This document shows, piece by piece, positions 1 to 10,100 of a DNA stretch of 37,989 nucleotides (position 1 is the stretch's first letter; every line of letters starts with the position of its first letter). The DNA is from a virus (Duplodnaviria; Caudoviricetes). The DNA lies in the IMG/VR virus record IMGVR_UViG_3300016665_000607, positions 1 through 37,989 of that record, one strand, 5' to 3'. The notes beneath the pieces are model-generated. The model was not told the DNA's origin, did no database searches, and saw only the letters and a program-made list of their open reading frames with translations. A program made the translations under genes and the position numbers.

Positions 1-350
1 CGGCTAGTATAATAAGTTTTAGGAATGATGTCGATATCAATAACCTTGTTATCTTTGTCCTGAATAATAACAAAATCATTGTGAAGACGAGAATCTAAAC
101 CATCTCGGACTTTGCCGGGAATCTGGCGACCTTCGCATTTCTTCCACACATCGAATGTGCAAACCTGTTTTACCTCGCGGTAATTGTTTGAAACATATTT
201 GCACATATACTTGTGATTATCTCCGCCCTCAGGATCAGCCTCAACAAGAGGAGGCTTAATACTGAATGCTTCCGTCTTTTTGACGTTATCACGCTTTGGT
301 TTAACTAATCCACTGGGAGTGGGAATACTGGATACAGGAGTGTTGCTCAT
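1..350 (-). CDS. Hypothetical protein (3'-truncated by window edge)
   Basis: Not in ORF track. Manual translation from ATG at 350 gives MSNTPVSSIPTPSGLVKPKRDNVKK..., open to position 1. The start overlaps the stop of 347..757 (ATGA coupling). Confidence 0.75.
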   Translation of the reverse strand, partial: MSNTPVSSIPTPSGLVKPKRDNVKKTEAFSIKPPLVEADPEGGDNHKYMCKYVSNNYREVKQVCTFDVWKKCEGRQIPGKVRDGLDSRLHNDFVIIQDKDNKVIDIDIIPKTYYTS

Positions 351-757
351 AATAGACCTTTTTGTTTTCGTTGCAGATAGATAATTTTCTCAATGATGTC
401 AGCCTTCAATAGACCAGGAGTACAGTTAGGGCAAGTCTGAATATGATAAGAATGATTTTTTTCAAATATAAAACCATCATTATCTTTATGCGGATCTACC
501 CACCCCATAACCATTTTACACTTGCAGCACACAAATTTAGAGCAGTCTTTGTATGTGTTTATACAAAGTTTACACAGAGGTTCAGTTACATGAGCAATGA
601 CCCCTGAGTTGTATACTCTAAAATCCAAAAGATGCTTCTGACGCTGACATGCCACACAAGGCATATGAGTTTCAGAAGTAATTATTTCTTTTGGAGGCGG
701 CAGACTACTAAGTAGCCTGAACGCCCTTTGTGCGTCTGCAGGTAATTCTCTATTCAT
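347..757 (-). CDS. Cys-rich putative zinc-finger protein
   Basis: 136 aa with four CxxC pairs (CVAC, CKLC, CCKC, CPNC); overlaps the recQ stop. Confidence 0.7.
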   Translation of the reverse strand: MNRELPADAQRAFRLLSSLPPPKEIITSETHMPCVACQRQKHLLDFRVYNSGVIAHVTEPLCKLCINTYKDCSKFVCCKCKMVMGWVDPHKDNDGFIFEKNHSYHIQTCPNCTPGLLKADIIEKIIYLQRKQKGLL

Positions 758-2405
758 TTCCGCTTACTTGAAAGTATTTCTCTAAATAACTATGTTTATC
801 ATTGTCAGGCGTTTTGATATAACCAAGCACCTGATCCAATTTGGTGTGGGCTCTGGCAGCTTTAATCGCTAACCGCTCAAAATCAATCTGATTTATAGAC
901 CCTATAATTTTAGTAGCTGAGCCTCTGTATGGAGGAATAAATCTAATGACAGACTGCTCATCCCATTTCTTGAAATGATTAGTTACTGTCTGGTACCCGA
1001 GACCAATATGGTCTGAAAACCAATTTAAATCTATATTAAAGAAACCATCTTCCTCAATACCATATTCAAGAATTGTATTCCACCAAAGCTCAAATCTGGA
1101 ATCGTCCTCAGGAGTGTTCTCATCAAGCCTGATCTTGGCAATCTTCTCACCATTCTTTTCTCGTTCTATAATTCTATTAGATTTAAGAACTTCAAGAATA
1201 GCGGGGACCTTGCGACTAAATAGATTAGTCTTCTTGGCAATATCGCTGATGGTAAGCTGAGAGATTCCGTTGCTATCTGCAGCTAAGTTGAGTACACGCA
1301 TTACAGCATTGATCTCAGACTTAGAGGGATAGCTACATTCAATGAAGAACTTCTGTGTGTTGTAGCTATCTGGCGAATAAAAGGTCATGCATGTCGAGTC
1401 GTTACCGTCACGACCAGCACGTCCAACTTCCTGCGCAAGAGCTTCCAGAGAACCAGGAATATCCCGGTGAACAACACCACGGATATTACCTTTATCCACA
1501 CCCATACCGAAAGCGTTGGTCGCAACCATGACACGAATTTTGTCATTCATGAACATGTCTTGATTCACTCGCTTATCAGTAGGCGACAACTCACCATGGA
1601 AAATAATTACATCCTCTCTAAGCGCAGACATTAATTGTTTGGCTGTCTGCTCTACTTTATTAATAGTAGCACAGTAAACAATTGTAGGCCCGCCAACACC
1701 AGAGATGAAGTCAGCCAGCTGAGTTTCGCTCAGCATGTTATCACTCTTAAGATGCAGATTTGTTCTGCGAGGATAATAAGATAGTTTCTGCGCATTCTCC
1801 AAATGGAGCACACGACGAATATCATGTTCAACTTCATCCGGGCATGTGGCAGTAAATGCAGCTACTACCTTAGGATTCTTTTCCCGAATAAAGTCACCAA
1901 CTAGACAGTAGCTGGATCTAAAGTTATCAGACCATTGGGAAAGACAGTGAGCCTCGTCCATGACAACCATGTCCGGAGGGACACGCATCATAGCGTCCTT
2001 GAAAGCCTCATTGTGTAATCTCTCAGGCGCGACATAAATAAATTGAAGCTCTCCTTCAGCCCAGCGTTTGATGGCAGACTGATTCTCAGCCTCAGTCTGC
2101 ATGGACGAAATAGCTTGTGCTTTGATTCCTTTAGCTGTCAGGCCTTGGACCTGATCGCGCATAAGCGCGACCAGGGGCGAGAAAACGATGGCTCGCCAAC
2201 CAAGACATAACGTCGGAATTACAAAGCAAGCGGTTTTACCCGTAGAGGTTGGAAGAATACACACAGTGTCCCTCTGCGCCATAATATTTACAATCACCGG
2301 TTCCTGCCCTGCACGTAATTGGCTGAAGCCCATCACGCTCAAAGCATTCGGTAATTGCGCATACCCACGCTTCAAAACATCCATGTTAATCTTTGACTCT
2401 CTCAT
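750..2405 (-). CDS. recQ: RecQ-family ATP-dependent DNA helicase
   Basis: Motifs ILPTSTGKT, SPLVALMRDQV, YVAPERL, MDEAHCLSQW, AFTAT, VATNAFGMGVDK, QEVGRAGRDG. The ORF track starts at 2450; ATG 2405 (MRESK) just after the upstream stop is more likely. Confidence 0.92.
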   Translation of the reverse strand: MRESKINMDVLKRGYAQLPNALSVMGFSQLRAGQEPVIVNIMAQRDTVCILPTSTGKTACFVIPTLCLGWRAIVFSPLVALMRDQVQGLTAKGIKAQAISSMQTEAENQSAIKRWAEGELQFIYVAPERLHNEAFKDAMMRVPPDMVVMDEAHCLSQWSDNFRSSYCLVGDFIREKNPKVVAAFTATCPDEVEHDIRRVLHLENAQKLSYYPRRTNLHLKSDNMLSETQLADFISGVGGPTIVYCATINKVEQTAKQLMSALREDVIIFHGELSPTDKRVNQDMFMNDKIRVMVATNAFGMGVDKGNIRGVVHRDIPGSLEALAQEVGRAGRDGNDSTCMTFYSPDSYNTQKFFIECSYPSKSEINAVMRVLNLAADSNGISQLTISDIAKKTNLFSRKVPAILEVLKSNRIIEREKNGEKIAKIRLDENTPEDDSRFELWWNTILEYGIEEDGFFNIDLNWFSDHIGLGYQTVTNHFKKWDEQSVIRFIPPYRGSATKIIGSINQIDFERLAIKAARAHTKLDQVLGYIKTPDNDKHSYLEKYFQVSGNE

Positions 2406-2410
2406 TTGCT

Positions 2411-2953
2411 TTACAATCGATGACATAAATATTTTAACGTACTCAAACAATGATCTAACTTGGAATCCGTTTTCGGAGCTATATCAAGCCAGCGTGCTAC
2501 AGTTTTATAGCTAAAGTTTTGTCTGCGGTCAAGAGTCAAAATGGTTGGCCTGTGGAAAGCCTCGCATATGTCAATCGTTACCCGGGACAATCGTTGGAGG
2601 TATTGGTCAATGCTACTCATGGGAGTACCATGCTTCATCAAATACCATTTATAAATTGGGAACAGTACATTGTTAGGATGCACTGTAAATATTCTTCGTT
2701 GATCCATACCCTCAGAATGAATAACAGAAGCTACCACAGATGCCACACCGCCATACTTCATTATGTCGTATGAAGGAATGTGAATCGTTTCGCTATTCTT
2801 ATCCATCTCATCTAACAAAGGACCATACGAATTATAATTTATGCAATGAAGGGAATATCCTTCATCCCATATTTGTTCTGGTAAGAACGGAAAAGAAACT
2901 CCATCGTCAGTTTCTTTGAGGAAAGCGACGATGGAGTAGGAGCTGTTAAACAT
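2411..2953 (-). CDS. Hypothetical protein
   Basis: 180-aa ORF tightly packed in the minus-strand operon; no motif recognised. Confidence 0.65.
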   Translation of the reverse strand: MFNSSYSIVAFLKETDDGVSFPFLPEQIWDEGYSLHCINYNSYGPLLDEMDKNSETIHIPSYDIMKYGGVASVVASVIHSEGMDQRRIFTVHPNNVLFPIYKWYLMKHGTPMSSIDQYLQRLSRVTIDICEAFHRPTILTLDRRQNFSYKTVARWLDIAPKTDSKLDHCLSTLKYLCHRL

Positions 2954-2956
2954 TAT

Positions 2957-3415
2957 TTATGATGGTTCGTTTGGCGCGCGCATGAAGGATCTGAATGGCT
3001 CCTTACGGATCAAAAGAACATGCGGATAATCAGGATGATACTGTAACCGCTGTTCTCTAAATTCCACAGAATGGTGCAAACCCTTTGGATAAAATATATA
3101 GGTTAGGAATTTGTAACCATACCTTTTATCCTTCATGCAGATGTTCATAGCATCAAAGTCTGCTATGGGTCTGGGGATATTGAATTCTTTATCAATCGGT
3201 ACAACGTATTGTTTGTACACTTCAATTGCGGAGTAATACTCACAAAGGGGAATATGACTGCCCACCATTGAATAGTGTGCTTCTTTGAAATGTTCCAAAG
3301 AACCAGTACTCTTCAGTATAGGCTTAGCCAAATGGATCTTGCTCGGATCAGTTTTAAAATGAAGCAATTCGATCCACCCATTGATGCACTCCGTATTTGA
3401 AGACATATCGCTCAC
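2957..3415 (-). CDS. Hypothetical protein
   Basis: 152-aa ORF, 3-nt gap to next gene and 1-nt overlap with previous. Confidence 0.65.
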   Translation of the reverse strand: MSDMSSNTECINGWIELLHFKTDPSKIHLAKPILKSTGSLEHFKEAHYSMVGSHIPLCEYYSAIEVYKQYVVPIDKEFNIPRPIADFDAMNICMKDKRYGYKFLTYIFYPKGLHHSVEFREQRLQYHPDYPHVLLIRKEPFRSFMRAPNEPS

Positions 3416-3846
3416 TATAGCGAAATTAGAGGATAAAGCAAGGCAGTGACGCCATGGCGATTGTTAATACACATCGCAGGTTTTTGTAATTTACTCAGAA
3501 TTCTTTCTGCTTCCGAATGTACCTGTTCAGAATTTACGGACTGACAAATGAACAGTCCTTCTTTACCAGATACTAAGGCATCAGTCAGGAGCATTGGCGA
3601 ATCAGTAGATTCAACCAATTCCCACAAATGGCTTTTGCCTTTTGGAAACATGAATTCTCCATATACAGGGAACGTCTCGTAGACGCACAACAAGTCACGA
3701 AAGCTCAAGGGATGATCAACACACATAGCATCAATCATTCTAAATAGATCTCCAATAGACTCATAGCCAGTGGGATCTAATTTAAAATGTTTGGCTACAT
3801 GCGTAATCAACCTATGGTCACTCGTTTTGGGGTGTGAGTTCCTCAT
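3415..3846 (-). CDS. Hypothetical protein
   Basis: 143-aa ORF overlapping the recombinase 3' end; operon packing. Confidence 0.6.
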   Translation of the reverse strand: MRNSHPKTSDHRLITHVAKHFKLDPTGYESIGDLFRMIDAMCVDHPLSFRDLLCVYETFPVYGEFMFPKGKSHLWELVESTDSPMLLTDALVSGKEGLFICQSVNSEQVHSEAERILSKLQKPAMCINNRHGVTALLYPLISL

Positions 3847-5443
3847 TAGTATTGTCTACCTGGTTGGTATCAATATCTTCGATCACAGATAACAGATGCG
3901 CTTCTTCTTCTGGAGTAGGATCAGGTTCTTTTTCAACATTGAACCCGGTACCCTGCTCCATCTTTTTCCTCAAAGCTTCCATAGCCTCAGGATCAAGCGA
4001 CTGTCCTAAATTAACTTCTGATTCGATAGTATCATCATGATCTGCATGATAATTCTTTTCAATCGTAGTTTTGATATTATCAACGACATCAATGTATCCG
4101 TTGATACCCAGCTGTTTGCCGAGATTAAATTTAACTTCCTGGTTGGCGTTAAACGCGGCACAGAATTCATCAGCTGAGACTTCCGTGACTCCAAGTACAG
4201 GACTGGAGAAACGTGATCCTTTCACTGATGTACTCATCCACTTCTGCTCGGCACACATAGTAGCAAAACCAATATTGTAATTGATCGCCGGGTCCATGTG
4301 CGTCAGGGAATCATTATAGAATCCTGTGCGCAGTTCGTAGAAGAATTTAATATTGTCATGGCCAAGAGAATTCTTAGCTACACGACAACTAATCAAGTTG
4401 CCTGTAATATCGCCAGATCCATTCTTTGCTAAACCTCTGCGGGACAGAATTAATGTCAGCGCAGTATTCTGGTGCAAAGCCTTACCACCAATACGAGTCT
4501 TATTGTACAGGGCGCTGGCTTCTGGTGTCATGAAAGACACCCCGCCGCCACCCATATCAATCTTATCATTTTGGTGGTGAACAATAATCAGTACTACATT
4601 GTACTGTTTAAGGAATGCAGGAAGAAGACGACACCACTTATGTGCCCACTTGGCATGACCAAGATTTGAGCCCTCATTGATCTCTTTGAATTTCTTCTTC
4701 TTGGCATCAGACATGTTATCACCATAATTGTAGAAACCAGCGGCCTCGTCTGGGTTTAACAGCTTAGACCACGGATCTACAGCAATAACAATAGGAACGT
4801 GCATGGGAACACGAGGGGTATCCTTCGTACCTTTAGTGCCTCTCGCCACATACACGAAATCTTTCATAACCTGCCACATGTGATCCAGAGAATTCACTGG
4901 CTCAACACGCAGACGTTCCAACATTTTAAATGAACGCGAGATGCTCGGATGGAGAGCTCGCATTACGCGGGGTGCAGGGATTTGTTTTGACTCACACTCG
5001 ATGTACAGCGCAGGACACCCAACGTCCATTGCGCTACCGAGCATGTCCATTACAAGAGTACTCTTGCCAATACCCTCTGCACCGATGATGTCGATAATTT
5101 TTTGTGGAGGGACGCCGAACTGCCCGACAGCGTACTGCAGCAAGAAATGCCGAAACGGAAAAGCAAAGCCTTCCTGAATTTCTGACATACGCTTGAAGCT
5201 TACGCTCTGATTCTTGCGGGAAGAAACGGCACCGTCTAGGGCGATTTTAAATTTATCACCGTAGTCCTCTTCGCTGTCCAGAAAGTGAAACCCATAGTCA
5301 ATATTGACCCCGGGTACAGGTGCTGGAGGTGCTTCGATCACATCATTATCTAGTATAGATTCTACAGCAGTATCGTGTGCTGCACTTTTTTTGGCGGAGC
5401 CCGGAGGGCGTCCTCTGCGTTTTTTGGGTAGTTCTTCAGACAT
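3818..5443 (-). CDS. RecA/UvsX-like recombinase with N-terminal AT-hook and acidic C-terminal tail
   Basis: Walker A IGAEGIGKST, YIECE, Walker B IAVDPWS, GGKAL and VAKN motifs typical of RecA. Start placed at 5443 (MSEELPKKRRGRPP) behind GGAG rather than the GTG at 5476, which lies in a hairpin. Confidence 0.85.
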   Translation of the reverse strand: MSEELPKKRRGRPPGSAKKSAAHDTAVESILDNDVIEAPPAPVPGVNIDYGFHFLDSEEDYGDKFKIALDGAVSSRKNQSVSFKRMSEIQEGFAFPFRHFLLQYAVGQFGVPPQKIIDIIGAEGIGKSTLVMDMLGSAMDVGCPALYIECESKQIPAPRVMRALHPSISRSFKMLERLRVEPVNSLDHMWQVMKDFVYVARGTKGTKDTPRVPMHVPIVIAVDPWSKLLNPDEAAGFYNYGDNMSDAKKKKFKEINEGSNLGHAKWAHKWCRLLPAFLKQYNVVLIIVHHQNDKIDMGGGGVSFMTPEASALYNKTRIGGKALHQNTALTLILSRRGLAKNGSGDITGNLISCRVAKNSLGHDNIKFFYELRTGFYNDSLTHMDPAINYNIGFATMCAEQKWMSTSVKGSRFSSPVLGVTEVSADEFCAAFNANQEVKFNLGKQLGINGYIDVVDNIKTTIEKNYHADHDDTIESEVNLGQSLDPEAMEALRKKMEQGTGFNVEKEPDPTPEEEAHLLSVIEDIDTNQVDNTNEELTPQNE

Positions 5444-5464
5444 AATAATCTCCAAAATAAGTTT

Positions 5465-5494
5465 AGCTCCCTGCACTTTTACATGCAGGGAGCT
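5465..5494 (-). terminator. Stem-loop (terminator or processing site) between SSB-like gene and recombinase
   Basis: 11-bp perfect inverted repeat AGCTCCCTGCA (5465-5475)/TGCAGGGAGCT (5484-5494); the U-tract on the minus strand is weak. Confidence 0.55.
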
Positions 5495-5505
5495 TATTTA
5501 ATTAA

Positions 5506-7110
5506 TTAAGCCTTTTCGATACGATGCACATACTTAACGAACTTCATCAGATCGTTAGGAGGTAGTGTACCTGCGTCAAATTGTGCTTTCAGTTCATTAT
5601 ACTCCTGCAGTTCTTCTGGGGACAGAGGATTAGCTGCAGCAGTGTTCTGCGGTGCTGGCACAACCGGAGGAGGCGTGCTAGGCATCACGGAAGGTGTAGG
5701 AAGCGCAGCAGCTTGAGGCTGGGGCGCAGGAGCAGCAGCAGGGGGTGGCGGTGGTTTAGGTTTGTTAACGGCAGCAACTGTGAACCTCGCTTCTACTGGA
5801 GATTGCCAGGTATTTGAGTTCTGCTCGCAAAGCATGAAAGCCTGCCCAGGATTTTTGTTGATCAGATTTTGCACCTCGGAACGAGAGTAAACATCATCAT
5901 CAACATTTCCATTCATAGAAACCCAATACTTTTCTTCCTGCGTGTTGGCAGGCTGAGGCACGGGTGCTGGTGCTGGAGCTGGTGCTTTCATTACCGGTGG
6001 CGCTTCCCAGGGAGGTGTATCATCAGCCTTATGACTTGCGGCCATAGCCTGAGCTTTAGCGACAATGCCTTGATTGCTGAAGGGATTAGGAACCGGAGGA
6101 GTGAAGGAATTAATATCTTCTTCCTCAGATGAACCCGGGAATACCTTGGCCCTGCTGGGACGCGCCGGTACATGAGCATAGTTGCTGCACACTTCCTCAA
6201 TCAGATGATAAGGAATGGCTCCGTCCTCAACCAAGAAATCAACGATCTCTTGAGCGCCCATGATCTTGAACGCAGAATTATCACCATAAAGATGATAACG
6301 TCCAGCAAGAGCTTCCTGCGGAACAGGCTGCTGACGCACACCCTTCAAAGATTTGTGCGAACCAGTGGTAAACACAAAACCATTGAATGGCTGAGGATTG
6401 GACGGAATGGAAGTGGTATCCACCATCACGCCGTTGCTCGGATCAGTAATGTCACCATACAAATAGTTTGGCCAGTTCTGATCCAGAATCTGCTCGTGAG
6501 CGGGACGCCACTCAGACAGCTTACCAGCAAGATCCTCAAACGCTTTCTGAGAAACATCGATCAGATAATTTCTGACATTGCGGTCGGTACCCGCAGTGCC
6601 GTAGAAATTAAACACATATCGACGCTGAGGATAAGGGATAACAATTTTAGCATCCTTTTTATTCTCAGGTCTTTCAGTCAACGCGCGGATAGCAGGATCA
6701 TCATGCTTCTTCGCAAAGTTACGAATGTCTTGCACAGGATCGATCAGCTCAGGACCCCTGGACAAGCTGTGTGTGAACCTAAGGGTAGATGGGCTAAGGA
6801 AAGACACCTGCTTATTACCGAACCAGGAATATGCAGCCACCACAGCGAAGAAAGCGCTGAGAACAGGCTGGTTAGTTTCTGGGTCAATATTATCTGCATT
6901 ACGATACGGCATCCAGGATGTCTGGAACTCCGAGTCGGCCTGCGACATATGGTAATTAAATGCTGGCAGGATCCTACCAGAATACATTTTCTTTTGCGAT
7001 GGCGTGCCGCCGTAAACACCTGGTTTGAAGTAACCGCCCCAATAGCTATTTTCTTTTTCTGCTTTAAGTTGACGTTGAATTTGAGAATAATCAGTAGGAA
7101 TGAATGACAT
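5506..7110 (-). CDS. Putative single-stranded DNA-binding/recombination protein with Pro-rich linkers and GYF_2-like domain
   Basis: Lies between polymerase and RecA; GRILPA resembles the gp32-type IRFLP strand; C-terminal YWVSMNG...VYSRSEVQNLI...NTWQS resembles GYF_2/DUF4339. Function is inferred. Confidence 0.5.
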   Translation of the reverse strand: MSFIPTDYSQIQRQLKAEKENSYWGGYFKPGVYGGTPSQKKMYSGRILPAFNYHMSQADSEFQTSWMPYRNADNIDPETNQPVLSAFFAVVAAYSWFGNKQVSFLSPSTLRFTHSLSRGPELIDPVQDIRNFAKKHDDPAIRALTERPENKKDAKIVIPYPQRRYVFNFYGTAGTDRNVRNYLIDVSQKAFEDLAGKLSEWRPAHEQILDQNWPNYLYGDITDPSNGVMVDTTSIPSNPQPFNGFVFTTGSHKSLKGVRQQPVPQEALAGRYHLYGDNSAFKIMGAQEIVDFLVEDGAIPYHLIEEVCSNYAHVPARPSRAKVFPGSSEEEDINSFTPPVPNPFSNQGIVAKAQAMAASHKADDTPPWEAPPVMKAPAPAPAPVPQPANTQEEKYWVSMNGNVDDDVYSRSEVQNLINKNPGQAFMLCEQNSNTWQSPVEARFTVAAVNKPKPPPPPAAAPAPQPQAAALPTPSVMPSTPPPVVPAPQNTAAANPLSPEELQEYNELKAQFDAGTLPPNDLMKFVKYVHRIEKA

Positions 7111-7111
7111 T

Positions 7112-10100
7112 TTATTTAGCTTTGTAAGTTTTATCTTCTAACAATTTTTTATCTGCTTTGTCTGGTTTTGCTGACCAACGATACACAAAGTCTGTATCAA
7201 TAGGATAATTCATTTTTCTTCCGTGGTACTCCCATGTGTTCTCATCCGTCATAAAGAGCTGGTGCATTTGTGCAACCTTAAAGCGTTCTTCAAGCGGACA
7301 AAGAGTAACAACAGAATCATATAAAATAATCAATGGTCTAGCCTGCATATTTAATTTAATGTAGGTGTCTAGCAACCACTTACCTGCTCTCGCAGCGGTG
7401 GCGGCTACACTCTCCTGCATCGGAAAGTTGCGGGCTTCTCTACCCATAGACTTGAACAAGCCCATAGTCAAATGCTCGTCGATGTCATCTAGGTATTTAG
7501 GATCATGAGAGGAGAAGTGACGAATGCGACCAGATGCTGCGCGGTAATAACCCGGCTTCTCTGGTATGCGTTCCATCTTTATTAAGAAGTCCTGGGCGAC
7601 TGGTTGCCGCTTTTCAAGCGCTTTAAGCAGTCGCTGGCCGGTGCCTTCCTCTGGCTTCTTCCCTGTATCCTGTTCAATTTTACGCTCTAGAGTAGAAGCG
7701 GACGCACCATAAGCAGAACTGAAATTACCTACTTTGGCAGCGCCTCGGTCCTTTTTCTCATCAAGCACTTCCCTTGGTTTAATATGAACCATCTCAGCCA
7801 GAGACCAGTGCAAGTCCTGTTTGGGATGTTTCAAAGATCCATCTTCTTTCCTAACCAAGGAAGGATCATCCGGGGAGATGAGAAGATGTTTATATTCCTC
7901 CTGTGCAGAGGGAGGAAAAACTTCAGGGGGGAATGACAGTCTAACCTTCTTGTCATCCTTTGTTACAGCAAAATTAAGATCAGGATTGCATACAATATCA
8001 ATGAGACTTTTATCTCCTGAGATAAAGGCAAGTCCTCTGATTTCTGCTGTCTGGTAGTCAGACTCTACAAAGCACCAACCCTCAGGAGCTTTAACGCAGC
8101 TGCGAATTGATGGTACTTTGCTTTTGTATTCTCCGTTTTCATCCTTAACAATAAATTTTTCAAACTCTTCAGGAAGTTCATCGCGTTCTTTCAGCTTACC
8201 GAACAGATCCGCAATGCCGTTGCCAATCATAGAGTTAACATAACTGGGCCAGTTCAACGAGTTGGGTTTCCAACTACGAGGCCGTCCAGTTTCTGTAGTG
8301 CTCATCTGCCCATGCACGCGATTATCACTGCATAGATAAAAATGAAGACCATTCTCTTTTACAACATTTCCATCAGCATCTACTTCAGCCTCCTTGAGGA
8401 AAGCTTTGCAGATGTTACCCACAGCGTTCAACTGTAGTAGTTTTCTGAGAATCCTATCATTATTTTTTTCTGACAGAATCTGCAGAGTTTGTTTATCTAC
8501 TGCTGGATTATAATTCTTTTGTGCCTCGGGAGGCATAGACTTGATCTTTTCCCAAGAGGTAGCCGGTAATCCTTTTTCCTTATTACTGGTGGATTTGATC
8601 GGCTCGTATCCTTTAACATGAAACAGCCAGCGCTTCAAATGTGCGGCAGATCTAATGTTAAAGTTGGCGCTATCGATGTAATGATCAAAGATAGATTTAA
8701 GCTTGGGTACGTCGTCAGGTTTCTTGGCTGCGCTCTTCAGAACATTCCAAGCCTGACCATGCTCACTATTTGCAATTAAAGATATGAACTCGAGATAACT
8801 GTTCGTAGCAATCTCAGGATTCATCCTAGTTGCAAAAGCCATCAAGACAAAGTTTTTAGCTTCAGCGTGAATGTCTTCTCGCAGGATAGCTTCCATTTTG
8901 TCTCTAGCAAATGTATATAACACTCTGAGCTCGTCCATTGTCTCGACATCCATAGGAAGTCCAACCAAAGCGAAGCTCACAAAAACATCCGTCACAAACG
9001 GATGAAATACATTATTATAATAGTCTACTAGATCTTGTGCCTGCAGACTACGATGAATAAAAGGCCAAGCACGGAATACAGTGTCTACGTCCTTACAGGC
9101 ATATGGAATGAGAATCTCATCCGGGATAGCACCGTAACCGCCGTCCTCCATTAAAGCTTTATTATGTTTTACCCACAATACAAGTTCCAGGTCATAACGA
9201 CCTAGATCAGTGTATTTCATGGCGATTCTCTCAAGAGAAAGATCTTCTGCCTCATTAGCAGTCTGCTGTGCAAACTCTGTGTCGAAGATGCACTTCTCAT
9301 ACCAATTCAAGCCCAGTACATGATGTAACCACGGAGCATCCGCAGCAAAGTGATGCCCAATATATTTTACATCTTCCCGGTCCAGCCACTCAGATAGTAT
9401 CTTGCCTGCTTCCTTATATGTAATGTCAAAGACGTAATTACCTTTGTCATCCATCCAACGAACATAGCACGCTTTGCCGGGAGCCCAGCAAAACTGGGTA
9501 CTACGTAGCTTACCATCAATGTGATTGTTTCCTGCCCACTCGCAGTCCACGCTAATCACATTAAAATTGTTATGTTTCCAGTTTGATACTACCCGCTTGA
9601 GATCTGCAGAGTTCGTAATAGTTTCATACTCAAGAGGAACTCTGTGAGTATTCACATTACAAACCTCATCGTGCATTCGCTTAATTTCTTTAGCTTCTAC
9701 ACGAAACTTTTCAATGTACTCGGGATTGGTAACTAGTTTGTATGTGTCGTCAATAAGATAAAGTTTAGCATTGTACTTCTCATTGAAGAACCATCCACTC
9801 TTAGCATCGCTCAATGACAGTTTAATGTCTGCAAGCAAATCAAAGATAGGCTTACCAATGCATACAATGATCTTAGGACCTACGGCCTGAATCTCTGCGT
9901 CTAAAGAAGGCAGCGCCCAAGCAATGATATCCTTGGGTACTTTCGCTCTTTCATTCTTTGGAAGAAGCCATTTGATCAGCGCAGTATAGTAACACTTATA
10001 AAGATCGATACCTTCTTGATTGAAGATATCTGTAAACATTACGCCAGCATCGGATCGTAAATATCTGGGCTGCACTCTAACTCCTTCTTGACCATCTCTA

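Noticed and set aside
6172-7107. 311-aa plus-strand ORF
   Set aside because: Fully antisense to the 534-aa gene, with no motifs; a codon-bias shadow.
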